A DNA stretch of 64,000 nt from Candidatus Poribacteria bacterium (lineage in GTDB: Bacteria > Poribacteria > WGA-4E > WGA-3G). This document shows positions 19,979 through 31,084 of this stretch, one piece after another (positions within the stretch are counted from its first letter, which is position 1; every line of letters begins with the position of its first letter). A program made the translations under genes and the position numbers. The stretch spans positions 2,784,001-2,848,000 of the forward strand of contig OZ242029.1 in the NCBI GenBank assembly GCA_965205015.1, written 5' to 3'. Below the pieces are notes generated by a model. It was not told the origin of the DNA, made no database searches, and saw nothing but the letters and a program-made list of their open reading frames with translations.

Positions 19979-21754
19979 ATGTCTTACGAGGTTCTCACTC
20001 AAAAATGGCGTCCCCAAAACTTCAGCGACGTTGTTGGACAGGAGCACATTACCACGACGCTGAAAAATCAGATCCTCTCCGAACGTATCGGGCATGCTTA
20101 CCTTTTTTGGGGACCGCGCGGCACCGGTAAGACCACAGTCGCGCGTATCTTTGCCAAAGCCGTCAATTGTCCCAACCGCATTCAAGAAACCCAATTTGAC
20201 TCTATTGAAACAGCAGAACCTTGCAATCAATGCGAATTTTGCAACGAAATTTCGCAAGATAGATCCTTCGATGTCATTGAGATGGATGCCGCCTCCAATC
20301 GCGGTATTGATACCATCCGAGACCTCCGTGAAAACGTCAAACTCTCGCCAGCGACCTGTCCTTACAAAATTTACATCATAGATGAAGCACACATGCTCTC
20401 AACCGAGGCATTCAACGCCCTACTCAAAACCCTTGAAGAGCCGCCGCCTCATGTCATATTTATCATGGCAACCACTGAGCATGCCAAGATCCCGAAGACA
20501 ATCAGTTCTCGCTGTCAAGATTTCGATTTTCGATACCTCGAAGATGAAAAGATAATCGAACGCTTGCAGTTAATTGCCCAAGAGGAAGGTATTTCAGCAG
20601 ATCTGGACGTATTTACGTTGATCACCCGTCAATCCGAGGGATGTCTACGCGATGCCGAAAACCTCTTGGAACTCGTTTCTGCTGCTGGGAAAAATTTAAC
20701 AGTCGAAGGTGTTGAACAGACCATCGGACTCGGTTCCAGTTCCCTTCTCCAAGAACTTAGGGGAGCAATTACGGAAAGAGATCTCGCCAAGGGACTGAAA
20801 ACGCTAAATAACTTGACGAAGCAAGGTACAGACTTGTCGCAATGCTTGGATCAACTGATCGGTTATTTCCGGGACTTACGGCTTTTAGCAATCGACGACA
20901 GCCTCAGTGAACAGGTTCAGAGTCCCACGTCAGATCTCCCAAGACTCAAGCAGACGGCAGAGCAGATGTCGGTAGGCAGGTTATCCCGGATTATCAAAAT
21001 TTTGATGCATACCAATCGAGACATCAAACAGTATGGTTATCCACAACTTCAATTAGAGACGGCACTCATCCAGCTCAACTCGCTTGAAGAAGGCATACCG
21101 CTTGAGGAAGTCATCGGCAAATTATCGGCATTAGAGCAAAAATTCGATTCAGCGAAGCAGGGAAGAACGGAAGAAGGGATGGAAGAAGGGAAGAAGGGAA
21201 GGATGGAGGACCCACTCTTCCAACCTTCCAACCTTCCAACCAAGAACCTTCCAACCTCCCAACCAAATGCTGAAGGTTTCCGACCGGTTCCGACCGCTGA
21301 TAGCCATTCCTCCGACAGTGAGCGAAGCGAACGCCCTGACGGTTTCCCTCCTAATGTTTCACACGGGCTTAGAGATCTTACCGACCTCCCTTCATTTTGG
21401 GATGAGATCAGATCAAAACTCCCTATGAGATTCAGTCACGCATTACCAGAGGGATCTGTCCCCATTGTGAACGGCACAAACACGGTCGAGATTCCGTGTT
21501 TACCTTCGTTCCGTCTCTTAATAACGGATGAAGACCAAAGACTTGTAGCCGATATCCTAAAACAGGAAGTCGGCAAACCCGTAAAAATTGAATTGGTTGC
21601 TTCAGATATAGTGTCAGAATCGGTGGTGTCCGAGGACGAACCTGAACAAACAGAGCGAAAAACACCGAATATGCGTAAGATTGAAGCCCGAGATGATCCA
21701 CAACTTAAAACTGTTCTTGACCTTTTTGAGGCAACAGTTGTGGAGACCCAATAA
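19979..21754 (+). CDS. dnaX: DNA polymerase III subunit gamma/tau
   Basis: KWRPQ.F.DVVGQ, GPRGTGKTT, EMDAASNRG, IIDEAHML, LLKTLEEPP, SRC. Confidence 0.97.
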   Translation: MSYEVLTQKWRPQNFSDVVGQEHITTTLKNQILSERIGHAYLFWGPRGTGKTTVARIFAKAVNCPNRIQETQFDSIETAEPCNQCEFCNEISQDRSFDVIEMDAASNRGIDTIRDLRENVKLSPATCPYKIYIIDEAHMLSTEAFNALLKTLEEPPPHVIFIMATTEHAKIPKTISSRCQDFDFRYLEDEKIIERLQLIAQEEGISADLDVFTLITRQSEGCLRDAENLLELVSAAGKNLTVEGVEQTIGLGSSSLLQELRGAITERDLAKGLKTLNNLTKQGTDLSQCLDQLIGYFRDLRLLAIDDSLSEQVQSPTSDLPRLKQTAEQMSVGRLSRIIKILMHTNRDIKQYGYPQLQLETALIQLNSLEEGIPLEEVIGKLSALEQKFDSAKQGRTEEGMEEGKKGRMEDPLFQPSNLPTKNLPTSQPNAEGFRPVPTADSHSSDSERSERPDGFPPNVSHGLRDLTDLPSFWDEIRSKLPMRFSHALPEGSVPIVNGTNTVEIPCLPSFRLLITDEDQRLVADILKQEVGKPVKIELVASDIVSESVVSEDEPEQTERKTPNMRKIEARDDPQLKTVLDLFEATVVETQ

Positions 21755-21938
21755 TCGCACTTCTCCAGAAGTCGGTAAAGAGATGTTAGGAGTATCAAAA
21801 ACCTCTTTTCTTTTCTCACACCAAAGTGTGTAGTCCGTAATGGAATGGAGGGGTTTTTGCTTGGGTGTTTCTTCAGATTTGAGGAAGGAACGTTAAAGTC
21901 CATATCCACGCCATTTAACCGCAAGGAAAATTAAAAGT

Positions 21939-22247
21939 ATGAAAATGAACGACTTGATGAAACAAGCGCAGCAAATGCAAAAGCGAATGCTTGAAATTCG
22001 AGAGGAGCTCGCGAACCGCACCGTTGAAGCAACCGTCGGGGGTGGCATGGTAACCGCTGTTGTCAATGGACAGCAGGAAATCGTATCCCTCCGAATCACA
22101 CCCGAGGTTGTTGACCCGGAAGATACAGAAATGCTTGAGGACCTGATTGTCGCGGCAGTCAATGAAGCGTTGCAACAATCGCAAGAAATGATGTCGGCAG
22201 AAATGAGCAAATTGACTGGTGGCATTAAAATCCCGGGGCTCCCGTAG
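21939..22247 (+). CDS. ybaB: YbaB/EbfC nucleoid-associated protein
   Basis: MKQAQQMQ, GGGMV, LEDLIVAAVNEA; located between dnaX and recR. Confidence 0.95.
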   Translation: MKMNDLMKQAQQMQKRMLEIREELANRTVEATVGGGMVTAVVNGQQEIVSLRITPEVVDPEDTEMLEDLIVAAVNEALQQSQEMMSAEMSKLTGGIKIPGLP

Positions 22248-22260
22248 TTTTTTAAGAGAA

Positions 22261-22875
22261 ATGCAAGAATACCCGAAACCGCTGGCGAAGCTCATTACGG
22301 AGCTCCAAAAGTTACCAACGATCGGTCAGAAGACAGCGCAACGCTTGGCATTTTTTATGCTAAAGTTACCTGACCCTGAGACTGCCCAAATTGCTGAAGC
22401 CATCGCGCAGGTAAAACAACACCTGTCTTACTGCGATATATGTGGCACGATTACAGACACAAATCCGTGCTATATCTGTACAAATCCGCGCCGCGATCGG
22501 CAGATAATTTGCGTCGTTGAAGAATCTGATGATCTTTGGGCAATTGAAAGAACCAACGGTTATAAAGGGCTCTACCACGTACTCGGTGGCGTTCTTTCAC
22601 CACTGGACGGGACGGGTCCCGACGAACTCGGAATCAATACCCTCTTTCAACGAATACGGGATGCCGCTATAAACGGCGAACCCGTGTGCGAGGTAATTCT
22701 TGCTACAAACTTGACAACGGAAGGACAAGCGACTGCACTCTACCTTACACAACACTTAGAAACCTTTGACATCGCTGTCACTCGAATTGCTTACGGTATT
22801 CCCATCGGGGGCGATTTGCAGTACATCGATGAGGTAACACTCGCGAAAGCACTTGAAGGCAGGCGAAAAGCTTAA
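22261..22875 (+). CDS. recR: Recombination mediator RecR
   Basis: LPTIGQKTAQRLA, C4 zinc finger, YHVLGG.LSPLDG, Toprim. Confidence 0.96.
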   Translation: MQEYPKPLAKLITELQKLPTIGQKTAQRLAFFMLKLPDPETAQIAEAIAQVKQHLSYCDICGTITDTNPCYICTNPRRDRQIICVVEESDDLWAIERTNGYKGLYHVLGGVLSPLDGTGPDELGINTLFQRIRDAAINGEPVCEVILATNLTTEGQATALYLTQHLETFDIAVTRIAYGIPIGGDLQYIDEVTLAKALEGRRKA

Positions 22876-22876
22876 G

Positions 22877-23857
22877 ATGAATAAAATGGAAAAGCGATGG
22901 CGCATCGCGCTTTTAATCAGTTTGTATTGCGGTGTATTGCGTATTGCGTGTGCGGCGCCGGATTCAGATAGGCAGGCTATAGGATTAGCAAACTCGACTC
23001 GCGATAGCGTCAGTACCGCGCGCGAAGCGAACGCTGCTTTTAACGCACGGCGCGCCTTTGACATGTTAGAGAAGCAGTGTGCTTTCGGACCGCGTCCCCC
23101 CGGTTCGGTTGCACATCGTGAAACGCAGAATTTTCTATTCACAGAACTTCAGAAATATGCAAATAGCGTAGCCCTTCAACCCCATCAGCATAAAACAAAA
23201 ACGGAGACCACGCTGCATCTAAACAATATCTTGGCGGAATTTGGACCGCCAACGGGTGGCGAGACACTTTTACTCGCAGCACATTGGGATACCCGTCCTT
23301 TCGCTGACCACGACCCGAAGATAGAAAATCGGGATACACCGATTCTGGGTGCTAACGATGGTGCCTCCGGTGTTGCCGTGCTCCTTGAAATTGCGAGGGT
23401 TCTAAAGGAACATCCACCGCCACGCAGAGTTGTTATCGTTCTTTTCGATGGCGAGGATTACGGCAGGTCGGTCGAGGATATGTTTATCGGCTCTCGGTTT
23501 TTCGCTCGAAATTTGGGGAAATGGAGACCGGACTATGGAATTCTGTTGGACATGATCGGGGACAAAGATTTGGCACTCCCGATTGAACGCTACTCTTGGA
23601 ATGCAAATCGGGGTTTCGCGCAGGCAGTCTGGCAGCGCGCAGCAACGCTCGGTTTAGCGCCGTTTCAATCCCGTTTAGGGTCCGCGATCTTGGACGATCA
23701 CGTCCCCCTCATCGAGGTAGGGATTCCAATGGTAAATATTATCGACTTTACTTATCCCTATTGGCATACAGTGGAAGATACGGTCGATAAATGTAGTCCC
23801 AAAAGTCTTGAAATCGTCGCGACGCTTGTTATCAGCATCATTTACGATGGACTCTAA
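22877..23857 (+). CDS. M28 family peptidase (glutaminyl-cyclase-like)
   Basis: AHWDTRP, GANDGASG, FDGEDYG, LLDMIGD, DDHVP, YWHT..DT. Confidence 0.88.
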   Translation: MNKMEKRWRIALLISLYCGVLRIACAAPDSDRQAIGLANSTRDSVSTAREANAAFNARRAFDMLEKQCAFGPRPPGSVAHRETQNFLFTELQKYANSVALQPHQHKTKTETTLHLNNILAEFGPPTGGETLLLAAHWDTRPFADHDPKIENRDTPILGANDGASGVAVLLEIARVLKEHPPPRRVVIVLFDGEDYGRSVEDMFIGSRFFARNLGKWRPDYGILLDMIGDKDLALPIERYSWNANRGFAQAVWQRAATLGLAPFQSRLGSAILDDHVPLIEVGIPMVNIIDFTYPYWHTVEDTVDKCSPKSLEIVATLVISIIYDGL

Positions 23858-23994
23858 TGAGTTATCAGGTGTCAGTTGTCGGTTGTCAGTAAAAGAGGGG
23901 TTTGTGAAATTCACGGAACGCGCAACTCCCACAAGTCTTAACCGAAAACTGGTAACTGAAAGCCTGCGCAGCAGGCGACTGACAACTATTAAAA

Positions 23995-25881
23995 ATGAAT
24001 ATTTATCAAAAACAGTACGACGTTATCGTAGTTGGCGCAGGGCACGCAGGTTGTGAAGCCGCACTTGCTGCCGCACGAATGGGCTGTGAAACGCTCATCG
24101 TCACTATCAATCTGGACACCATCGCGAAGATGTCTTGCAACCCCGCAATTGGGGGGCTTGCCAAGGGACATCTCGTTAAAGAGATAGACGCGCTCGGCGG
24201 TGAGATGGCAAAAAATATTGACAAGACTGGGATCCAATTCCGACGTTTAAATACGAAAAAGGGACCCGCAGTTCGATCAAGCCGCGCACAAGCCGATAAA
24301 AAGGCGTACCAAGATGAAATGAAACGGGTCCTTGAGGCACAAGAACGGCTTGACATCAAACAGGTATTAGTTGAGGAGCTGCTCGTCGAAAAGGGGCGGT
24401 GCATCGGAATCCTGAGCCAGACAAAAACGGCTTATTTCGGAGAGACGATCATTCTGACGACAGGCACTTTCCTGAAAGGTATAATCCATATCGGTGATGT
24501 ATCCTATAGCGCGGGTAGAGCCGGTGAGTCTTCGGCGGAGAAACTTTCTGAAAGTTTTTTAAGTCTTGGATTTGAGATTGGTCGGCTTAAAACTGGCACA
24601 CCGCCACGTGTCAACGCCCAAACGATTCATGTCAGTGAAATGGAAATTCAACCGGGCGATGAAAATCCTCGCCCTTTCTCATTTTTAACTGAACGGATTA
24701 CACAGCCCCAACTCCCATGTTACTTGACTTACACGAATCAGCATACACATGCGTTAATCCGTGAGAACCTCCACCGATCTGCGATGTACAGCGGTCGTAT
24801 TGTCGGCATTGGTCCCCGTTACTGCCCCTCCATCGAGGATAAGGTTGTCCGCTTCGCGGAGAAGACCGAACATCAAGTTTTCGTAGAACCTGAGGGACGA
24901 GATACCGACGAAATCTACCTCAACGGTATTTCTGCGAGTCTACCTGAAGATGTACAGGTGGAGATGGTACATAGCATCAAAGGGTTAGAGAATGCTGAGA
25001 TTATGCGCTTCGGCTATGCTGTTGAATACGATTTTGCACCGGCGACGCAACTCCAGCCAACGCTTGAGACGAAGCAGGTGCCAGGGCTCTATTTCGCGGG
25101 ACAACTCAATGGCACTACGGGCTACGAGGAAGCCGCTGCGCAGGGGCTTATGGCAGGAATCAACGCTGCTTTAAAAGTAAAGGGTGAAAACCCTCTTGTC
25201 CTTGACAGATCGCAAGCGTACATAGCGGTACTTATTGACGATTTGGTCACCTTGGACATCCGAGAACCCTACCGTATGTTCACATCGCGTGCCGAATACA
25301 GGTTAGCACTCCGAGAGGACAACGCAGATTTACGACTCACCGAAATTGGTAGGCAGATCGGACTCGTTGATGATGACAGGTATCGCCGGTTCGAAAAGAA
25401 GGCAGCTGCTGTCGAAACAGAGTTGGGACGTTTACAGGAAACCCTTCTCAAACCGACGCCTGCGACGCTCGAGAGTCTAGCGAGTATTCTTGAGACGGGT
25501 GAATTGAAGAAACCTACATCCTTGGCAGAACTTCTGAAACGCCCGGAACTTCATTACGAGCAGATAACTAAGATCGTACCTCCCTCTGAAATCCTGTCTC
25601 TTGCTGTGACCGAACAGGTGGAAATCCAGATAAAATATGACGGGTATATTCAACGACAACAGCGACAGATTCATCAATTCAAAAAATTGGAGAATTTCCG
25701 AATCCCCGAGGCATTCGACTATGCCAACGTTCAGGGGTTGAAGACAGAAGCGCGTGAGAAGCTTGCAAGGATCCGGCCCACCTCCATCGGGCAAGCATCA
25801 CGCTTACCTGGTGTTTCGCCAGCGGACATCTCGATCTTGACGGTTATCCTTCATCAACAGAACGCAAAACCGCATATGTAG
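23995..25881 (+). CDS. mnmG: tRNA U34 modification enzyme MnmG
   Basis: GAGHAGCEAA, MSCNPAIGG, RLKTGTPPR, GPRYCPSIEDK, GTTGYEEAAAQG. Confidence 0.98.
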   Translation: MNIYQKQYDVIVVGAGHAGCEAALAAARMGCETLIVTINLDTIAKMSCNPAIGGLAKGHLVKEIDALGGEMAKNIDKTGIQFRRLNTKKGPAVRSSRAQADKKAYQDEMKRVLEAQERLDIKQVLVEELLVEKGRCIGILSQTKTAYFGETIILTTGTFLKGIIHIGDVSYSAGRAGESSAEKLSESFLSLGFEIGRLKTGTPPRVNAQTIHVSEMEIQPGDENPRPFSFLTERITQPQLPCYLTYTNQHTHALIRENLHRSAMYSGRIVGIGPRYCPSIEDKVVRFAEKTEHQVFVEPEGRDTDEIYLNGISASLPEDVQVEMVHSIKGLENAEIMRFGYAVEYDFAPATQLQPTLETKQVPGLYFAGQLNGTTGYEEAAAQGLMAGINAALKVKGENPLVLDRSQAYIAVLIDDLVTLDIREPYRMFTSRAEYRLALREDNADLRLTEIGRQIGLVDDDRYRRFEKKAAAVETELGRLQETLLKPTPATLESLASILETGELKKPTSLAELLKRPELHYEQITKIVPPSEILSLAVTEQVEIQIKYDGYIQRQQRQIHQFKKLENFRIPEAFDYANVQGLKTEAREKLARIRPTSIGQASRLPGVSPADISILTVILHQQNAKPHM

Positions 25882-25971
25882 ACATCTTGTAGGGGCAGGT
25901 CTTGTGCCTACCACAAATACTACCATAAAAGTCGGTGACGAAAAGCCGATAGCCAATATGAGGCATCGCAA

Positions 25972-26703
25972 TTGGCGACGTACAAGCAGGACTTAAAAGA
26001 GACGTTCAATCATTACGGATTTCCGTTAACTGAGCATCAGGTCGCACAATTCAATCTGTATCGCACTGAATTACAGCGGTGGAATCAACACATGAACCTG
26101 ACTGCGATCACGGATAGTGATGAGATCGTTCATAAACATTTTCTGGATTCGCTAAGTGTTTTAGAACATATCTCATTGAGCAGTGGTGATTCTGTGGTTG
26201 ATATTGGGACGGGTGCCGGATTTCCGGGAATCGTATTGAAAATCTACATGCCTGATATCCGGTTAACGCTCATTGAATCATCGAAAAGGAAGGTAAGTTT
26301 CCTAAAATTTATAGTCGCCCAATTGAATCAGCGTCTGAATCAGCGTCAAGCGGTAAACGGGCATCAGGGGGTAGACGTTGAAATATTCGCGGAACGTGCG
26401 GAAATTTGTGTGCAGCGGCAGAAACACATGGGGACATACGATTGGGTTTTCACCCGTTACGTCGCGGCGATTCGAGACTCGGCGGCGTACTGTATACCGT
26501 TGCTGAAACCGACAGGAAAGTGGGTGGCTTATAAATCCTGCGATGAAACCGTAGAGAACGAAATTAACAATAGTTCAGCGTGCCTTGAGGCGCTCGGTGG
26601 AATCGTCGAAACTGTCTTAAAAAATCCAAAGTTCAATCGAAATTATATTGTGATGCATCGCGGTACTCCACTTAAGCACCCCAGCGGGGTGCCATGTCTA
26701 TAG
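25972..26703 (+). CDS. rsmG: 16S rRNA m7G527 methyltransferase
   Basis: WN..MNLTAI, KHFLDSL, DIGTGAGFPG; follows mnmG. Confidence 0.93.
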   Translation: MATYKQDLKETFNHYGFPLTEHQVAQFNLYRTELQRWNQHMNLTAITDSDEIVHKHFLDSLSVLEHISLSSGDSVVDIGTGAGFPGIVLKIYMPDIRLTLIESSKRKVSFLKFIVAQLNQRLNQRQAVNGHQGVDVEIFAERAEICVQRQKHMGTYDWVFTRYVAAIRDSAAYCIPLLKPTGKWVAYKSCDETVENEINNSSACLEALGGIVETVLKNPKFNRNYIVMHRGTPLKHPSGVPCL

Positions 26704-26724
26704 CCAGGAGCAATAGTTTAAAAA

Positions 26725-27063
26725 ATGAATTTTGAGACAACAATTGGGAAGCAAAATATCTCCATCCTTCATGTAGAAGGCAAGATTCTTGGAACTGCCT
26801 CTGACGCGTTCCGTAAAGAAATGAACGAACAACTTCAAACGGGACGCGATAAGTTAGTGGTTAATTTAATGGACGTTCCGTTGATCGATAGCAGCGCGTT
26901 AGGGGCAATTGTGATCACTTTGAAGTCTTGTCAGCAATCGGGTGGAAAGTTAGTGTTACTCAAGCCTCAGAAAGCCGTTAGAGAAGTTTTGGAGGTAACG
27001 AAACTCAGCACCGTCATTGAGATTTATGATACGGAGGAAGGCGCGTGCGCCTCTTTTCTTTAG
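26725..27063 (+). CDS. STAS anti-sigma factor antagonist (RsbV/SpoIIAA-like)
   Basis: VPLIDSSALG phospho-Ser motif; 112 aa. Confidence 0.9.
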   Translation: MNFETTIGKQNISILHVEGKILGTASDAFRKEMNEQLQTGRDKLVVNLMDVPLIDSSALGAIVITLKSCQQSGGKLVLLKPQKAVREVLEVTKLSTVIEIYDTEEGACASFL

Positions 27064-27228
27064 TATTCCTCGCGGATAGTCAGGGAAGTTGAGTGGAAAT
27101 GCCCTTCTGTCGTGTCCGCGGTCAACGATTTTGACTGCTACGTGGTCCCTCTATACGCGAGTCGCTATGGGACCCCGGCTAAAGACTGCAGCGCAAGCAT
27201 CGCGCCGGGCGGCTATACGGAGAGCCAC

Positions 27229-29763
27229 ATGAACACCCAAACTCAGCTGACCGAACCGCAAGGTAAATTAAAGACCCGTTCCCAGTTTAAAGTGGGGTTA
27301 CGCGGTCAGCAGGTCGTTCTGTTTCTCTTAGTCTCTCTAATGCCGTTGTTCGCCGTTGCCTTAGCCATCAAATTTTTAGGCGAAAACGCTCTGAAGGAGT
27401 CTGTTGGCGAAAATCTTGTTCTTCTTGCGCAGGAAAAACTTGCCCGGGCGGATAGTGCTATCTCCGAAAAAATCGAAAAGATTCAAGCGGAGCTTCCAAA
27501 CATCCAAGCAGCAGTTGTCTATTCAAACACGGCTAACGAGAAACAGAGCGTATTTCTCAGTGTATGGGCGCGATTGGAGGACAGTATTCGCCTGCTTGAG
27601 ACCTATGCAGGCTATAAAACTGAAGTAACCATTACAAATGCATTCGGGTACGTTTTACGTTCAAACGATCAACAGTTGGATTATGACGCGACGAAAATGT
27701 TCCCACATCGAGTACAGGACACGGATTGGTGGCAAAAAGCGTATAACAACGGCATAGGTTACCCATTTGTGGAAGATGTCGTCTATGATGAAGTCCGAGG
27801 CGTACATTTCCTTCCAATCGCACTGCCGATACGTGCAGCGACTCAAGGAAATCGCGGTACGCAGCGAAAAACGAACGCGGTCGGGGTGTTGAGAACATTT
27901 CTGTTTTTACCTGAACTGACCAGTTTAGTTCAATCGCTCCCGGAGTTGGCGGAAACATATACGATTCTAACGAGTTCATCGGGCAAAATCATTGCAGCTT
28001 CACCCCAAAGCGAGTATCGAATAGATAGTTACATTGAGATGAGCAATGCCGCAGAGGAGGCAATTATTGAAGGAAAAAGAGGCGTTAATGGGAAGTATTA
28101 CGACTATGAACCGGAGGGTGAGACAGACCCTTTCGGTGACCCTCGCATCTATGGTTGGGCGCGCACGCGGAGAAATCCACAGAAAATCCCCAAGCAAAAT
28201 CCCCAAGCAAAAACCCTCTCGAGTATGGAGCCGTGGAAGGTTCAACAAAACTTTAGCAACTGGATAGTCTTTACTTCACGCCCTATCTCATCGGCTTACG
28301 CTGGCGTTGGCAGACTGAACAGATATATTTTTTATGTTACCATCGGGTCAAGTTGTATCGTTGTATTAATTGCTTGGTGGGCTGCCCAGCGCATAGCCAC
28401 ACCTATATTGAAAGTCGCGCAAGCAGCACGAAGCGTCGGGCAAGGTGAATTTGATAGCGAGATCACTGTTGATAGCGATAATGAAGTCGGTGTGCTGGCT
28501 GAAGAATTCAATGAGATGCGTCGGAACCTGAAAAATGCTGTTGATCGGTTAACGCAGGAAGAGAAAAAACTCACGGCTATTGTAGACAATCTCGGTGAAG
28601 GTTTGATTGTTGTTGATCCGACGGGGCGCGTGCTCTACGTCAATCCTGTCGCTGAACGTCTGCTGAATTTAGGGAATACCGCTGGCTACGAAAATTTTAT
28701 TGTTGTCGATGCAGCAAATAGTACGATCTGCTGGACAAAGGCGTTAGAAAGGGGAGGAAACACAGAAACCGATAAAAGAACTGTTGATATGAAAATATTG
28801 TCCTTTTCTCGGCGTGAAGTCGCACAACACCAAACAATGGTCGTTGAAGTCAATATCGATGGCAATCGACAGGACAACTTGACTACCAACCCCTCTTCGA
28901 CGCTATCTAACAAGGCACGGGTTGAGCGTCAAAATTCTCGAGTACTCCGCATCATTGCAAGCCATTTTTCCGATGAACATAATAACATCGTTGGCACTGT
29001 TTATGTTTTTGATGATGTTACCAATGAACATGAGATAGAAAAAATGAAGTCGGAGTTCGTTTCGCTTGTATCACATGAATTGCGAACACCCCTCACATCC
29101 ATCATCGGATTTATTTCGCTAATACTTGAGGGAAAAACTGGTAAAATTAATCAGAAACAGCACGAAAGTTTGACCCGTGCGCATCGCCAATCGAAACGGC
29201 TCGCTGCTCTTATTAACGATCTACTCGACATCTCCCGAATTGAAGCGGGCCGCATTGAGATGAAGCAGGAGCGGGTACAGATAGACAGAATCGCCAAATG
29301 GCGAATTGAGGAGCTCCGTCCACAAGCTGACCGGAAAGCTATCTCTCTGCTTTTTGAGGGACAGTCTAACCTGCCACCTATGATTGGGGATGCAGACCGG
29401 ATTGGGCAAGTTTTTATTAATCTCATCGGAAACGCCATCAAATTCACACCGGATAATGGGAAAGTGACGGTAAGGATATCGAAATCTCAGGAGAATGAGG
29501 GCGCCCCGCATGGATTCCATGTTCAAGTCATTGATACGGGACCAGGAATTCCGCCTGAAGATAGAGAGAAGGTATTTGACAAATTTCGGCAACTCGGGGG
29601 TGTCCACGCACGGAAACCACAAGGTGGCACTGGCTTGGGACTTTCGATTGCCGCTGGGATAGTTGAAGCACACGGCGGACGATTATGGGTGGAGGGCGGC
29701 GATAACGGCTGCGGATGCAATTTCCAGTTTTTTATGCCGTTGGAAAAGGGGGAAAATGGCTGA
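27229..29763 (+). CDS. Sensor histidine kinase (periplasmic Cache-like, HAMP, PAS)
   Basis: Two TMs, HAMP, VSHELRTPLTSI, NLIGNAIKFT, GGTGLGL; GGAG before ATG 27229. Confidence 0.92.
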   Translation: MNTQTQLTEPQGKLKTRSQFKVGLRGQQVVLFLLVSLMPLFAVALAIKFLGENALKESVGENLVLLAQEKLARADSAISEKIEKIQAELPNIQAAVVYSNTANEKQSVFLSVWARLEDSIRLLETYAGYKTEVTITNAFGYVLRSNDQQLDYDATKMFPHRVQDTDWWQKAYNNGIGYPFVEDVVYDEVRGVHFLPIALPIRAATQGNRGTQRKTNAVGVLRTFLFLPELTSLVQSLPELAETYTILTSSSGKIIAASPQSEYRIDSYIEMSNAAEEAIIEGKRGVNGKYYDYEPEGETDPFGDPRIYGWARTRRNPQKIPKQNPQAKTLSSMEPWKVQQNFSNWIVFTSRPISSAYAGVGRLNRYIFYVTIGSSCIVVLIAWWAAQRIATPILKVAQAARSVGQGEFDSEITVDSDNEVGVLAEEFNEMRRNLKNAVDRLTQEEKKLTAIVDNLGEGLIVVDPTGRVLYVNPVAERLLNLGNTAGYENFIVVDAANSTICWTKALERGGNTETDKRTVDMKILSFSRREVAQHQTMVVEVNIDGNRQDNLTTNPSSTLSNKARVERQNSRVLRIIASHFSDEHNNIVGTVYVFDDVTNEHEIEKMKSEFVSLVSHELRTPLTSIIGFISLILEGKTGKINQKQHESLTRAHRQSKRLAALINDLLDISRIEAGRIEMKQERVQIDRIAKWRIEELRPQADRKAISLLFEGQSNLPPMIGDADRIGQVFINLIGNAIKFTPDNGKVTVRISKSQENEGAPHGFHVQVIDTGPGIPPEDREKVFDKFRQLGGVHARKPQGGTGLGLSIAAGIVEAHGGRLWVEGGDNGCGCNFQFFMPLEKGENG

Positions 29764-31084
29764 AACGATTTTAATTGTCGATGACGATCTTGACATCCTT
29801 GAATTGCTAAAAATGAACCTTGAACCGGAAGGTTACAACGTACGGACCGCGGACAATGGTGAGAGTGCGGTGCAGAGTGCATGTGCGAATCCTCCGGATC
29901 TCATTCTGCTTGATGTCATGATGCCAGAGAAAAACGGCTTTGAGGTCATTGAAGAACTAAAAAATATCGAAGACACAAAAAACGTTCCGGTCATTTTAGT
30001 AACCGCTCGTGGACAGACAGAAGATAAGGTCCTCGGTTTGGATACTGGCGCAGACGATTATATTACGAAGCCGTTTGACCTCCGTGAGGTGACCGCACGG
30101 GTTGAAGCCGTCTTAGGGAGAACTCGCCCCATCAAGTACATTAATCCGTTAATGCGCGCGATGGGGGACAAGTTCAGCGAAGAGGGATTGCAGCAACTTG
30201 CGGGGCATCTTCAAGCCGCCGCCGCTATTCAAAATAAATTGTTACCGGAACAGGCACCAAGTCTTGAAGGATTTGATATCGCGACGCTGCTCCAAAGTTC
30301 AACATCCGTTTCTGGTGATTTCTATGACTTCATCCCCTTGAATGAAACACAGATCGGGCTGGTTCTCGGAGATGTAAAAGGCAACGGTATCCCTGCAGCA
30401 CTGTTGATGGTGATGATTCGGACAGCACTTCGCTTACTCTGCGATGAGGAAGATACCCCCGCGTCAATTCTCAAACGGGTTAATGACTTAGTCGTCCGGG
30501 ACACTGAGGCAGATTTGTTTGCGACAATGGTTTACGGTATATTGGACGTAGTCAATTCAACTTTCACGTATTCAAATGGGGGGCACTGTTATCCCTTCCA
30601 CTGGAAGAATACCGGCGAGATGGGGGTCTTGAAGACAGAAGGTATGTTGATAGGTGCATTTGAGGAGGCGACGTTTTCAAGCGACATCTGTTCTTTGTCT
30701 CCGGGCGATATCCTCGTTTTCTATACGGATGGTATTACCGAAACGGAGGCGAGGAATGATGAATTAGCCGTCAGTGGTCAGCAAGATAGCCAAGAAGCGG
30801 TCAGCAATCAGCGGTCAGCAAGAGAACCTGGTGGCAGTGAAAAACAAACGCAACCGCCACACACCGAAAGCCGAAGGTTTCCGAAAGCCGAAAGCCATTC
30901 TTCTGATAGCCAATTTACTGATAGTTACTATGGTGCAGATAGACTTGCCACCTGTATTTTCAAAAACGCCGGAGGGTCAGCCTCCACATTATGTGATGCG
31001 ATTGTTAACGAGCTAACACTATTTAGTGGAAGCACAAGTCCGCATGACGACAGGGCATTAATTGTTATCAAGCGAGATATTTAA
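29756..31084 (+). CDS. Response regulator fused to PP2C/SpoIIE phosphatase (RsbU-like)
   Basis: REC domain (IVDDD, LLDVMMP, KPF); GDFYD, GDVKG, YTDGITE, DD. Confidence 0.92.
   Translation: MAETILIVDDDLDILELLKMNLEPEGYNVRTADNGESAVQSACANPPDLILLDVMMPEKNGFEVIEELKNIEDTKNVPVILVTARGQTEDKVLGLDTGADDYITKPFDLREVTARVEAVLGRTRPIKYINPLMRAMGDKFSEEGLQQLAGHLQAAAAIQNKLLPEQAPSLEGFDIATLLQSSTSVSGDFYDFIPLNETQIGLVLGDVKGNGIPAALLMVMIRTALRLLCDEEDTPASILKRVNDLVVRDTEADLFATMVYGILDVVNSTFTYSNGGHCYPFHWKNTGEMGVLKTEGMLIGAFEEATFSSDICSLSPGDILVFYTDGITETEARNDELAVSGQQDSQEAVSNQRSAREPGGSEKQTQPPHTESRRFPKAESHSSDSQFTDSYYGADRLATCIFKNAGGSASTLCDAIVNELTLFSGSTSPHDDRALIVIKRDI

Noticed and set aside
21160-21265. Purine/pyrimidine repeat in dnaX as a programmed frameshift signal for gamma
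   Set aside because: No slippery A-run with a downstream stop was seen; it looks like an in-frame palindromic repeat in the variable linker.
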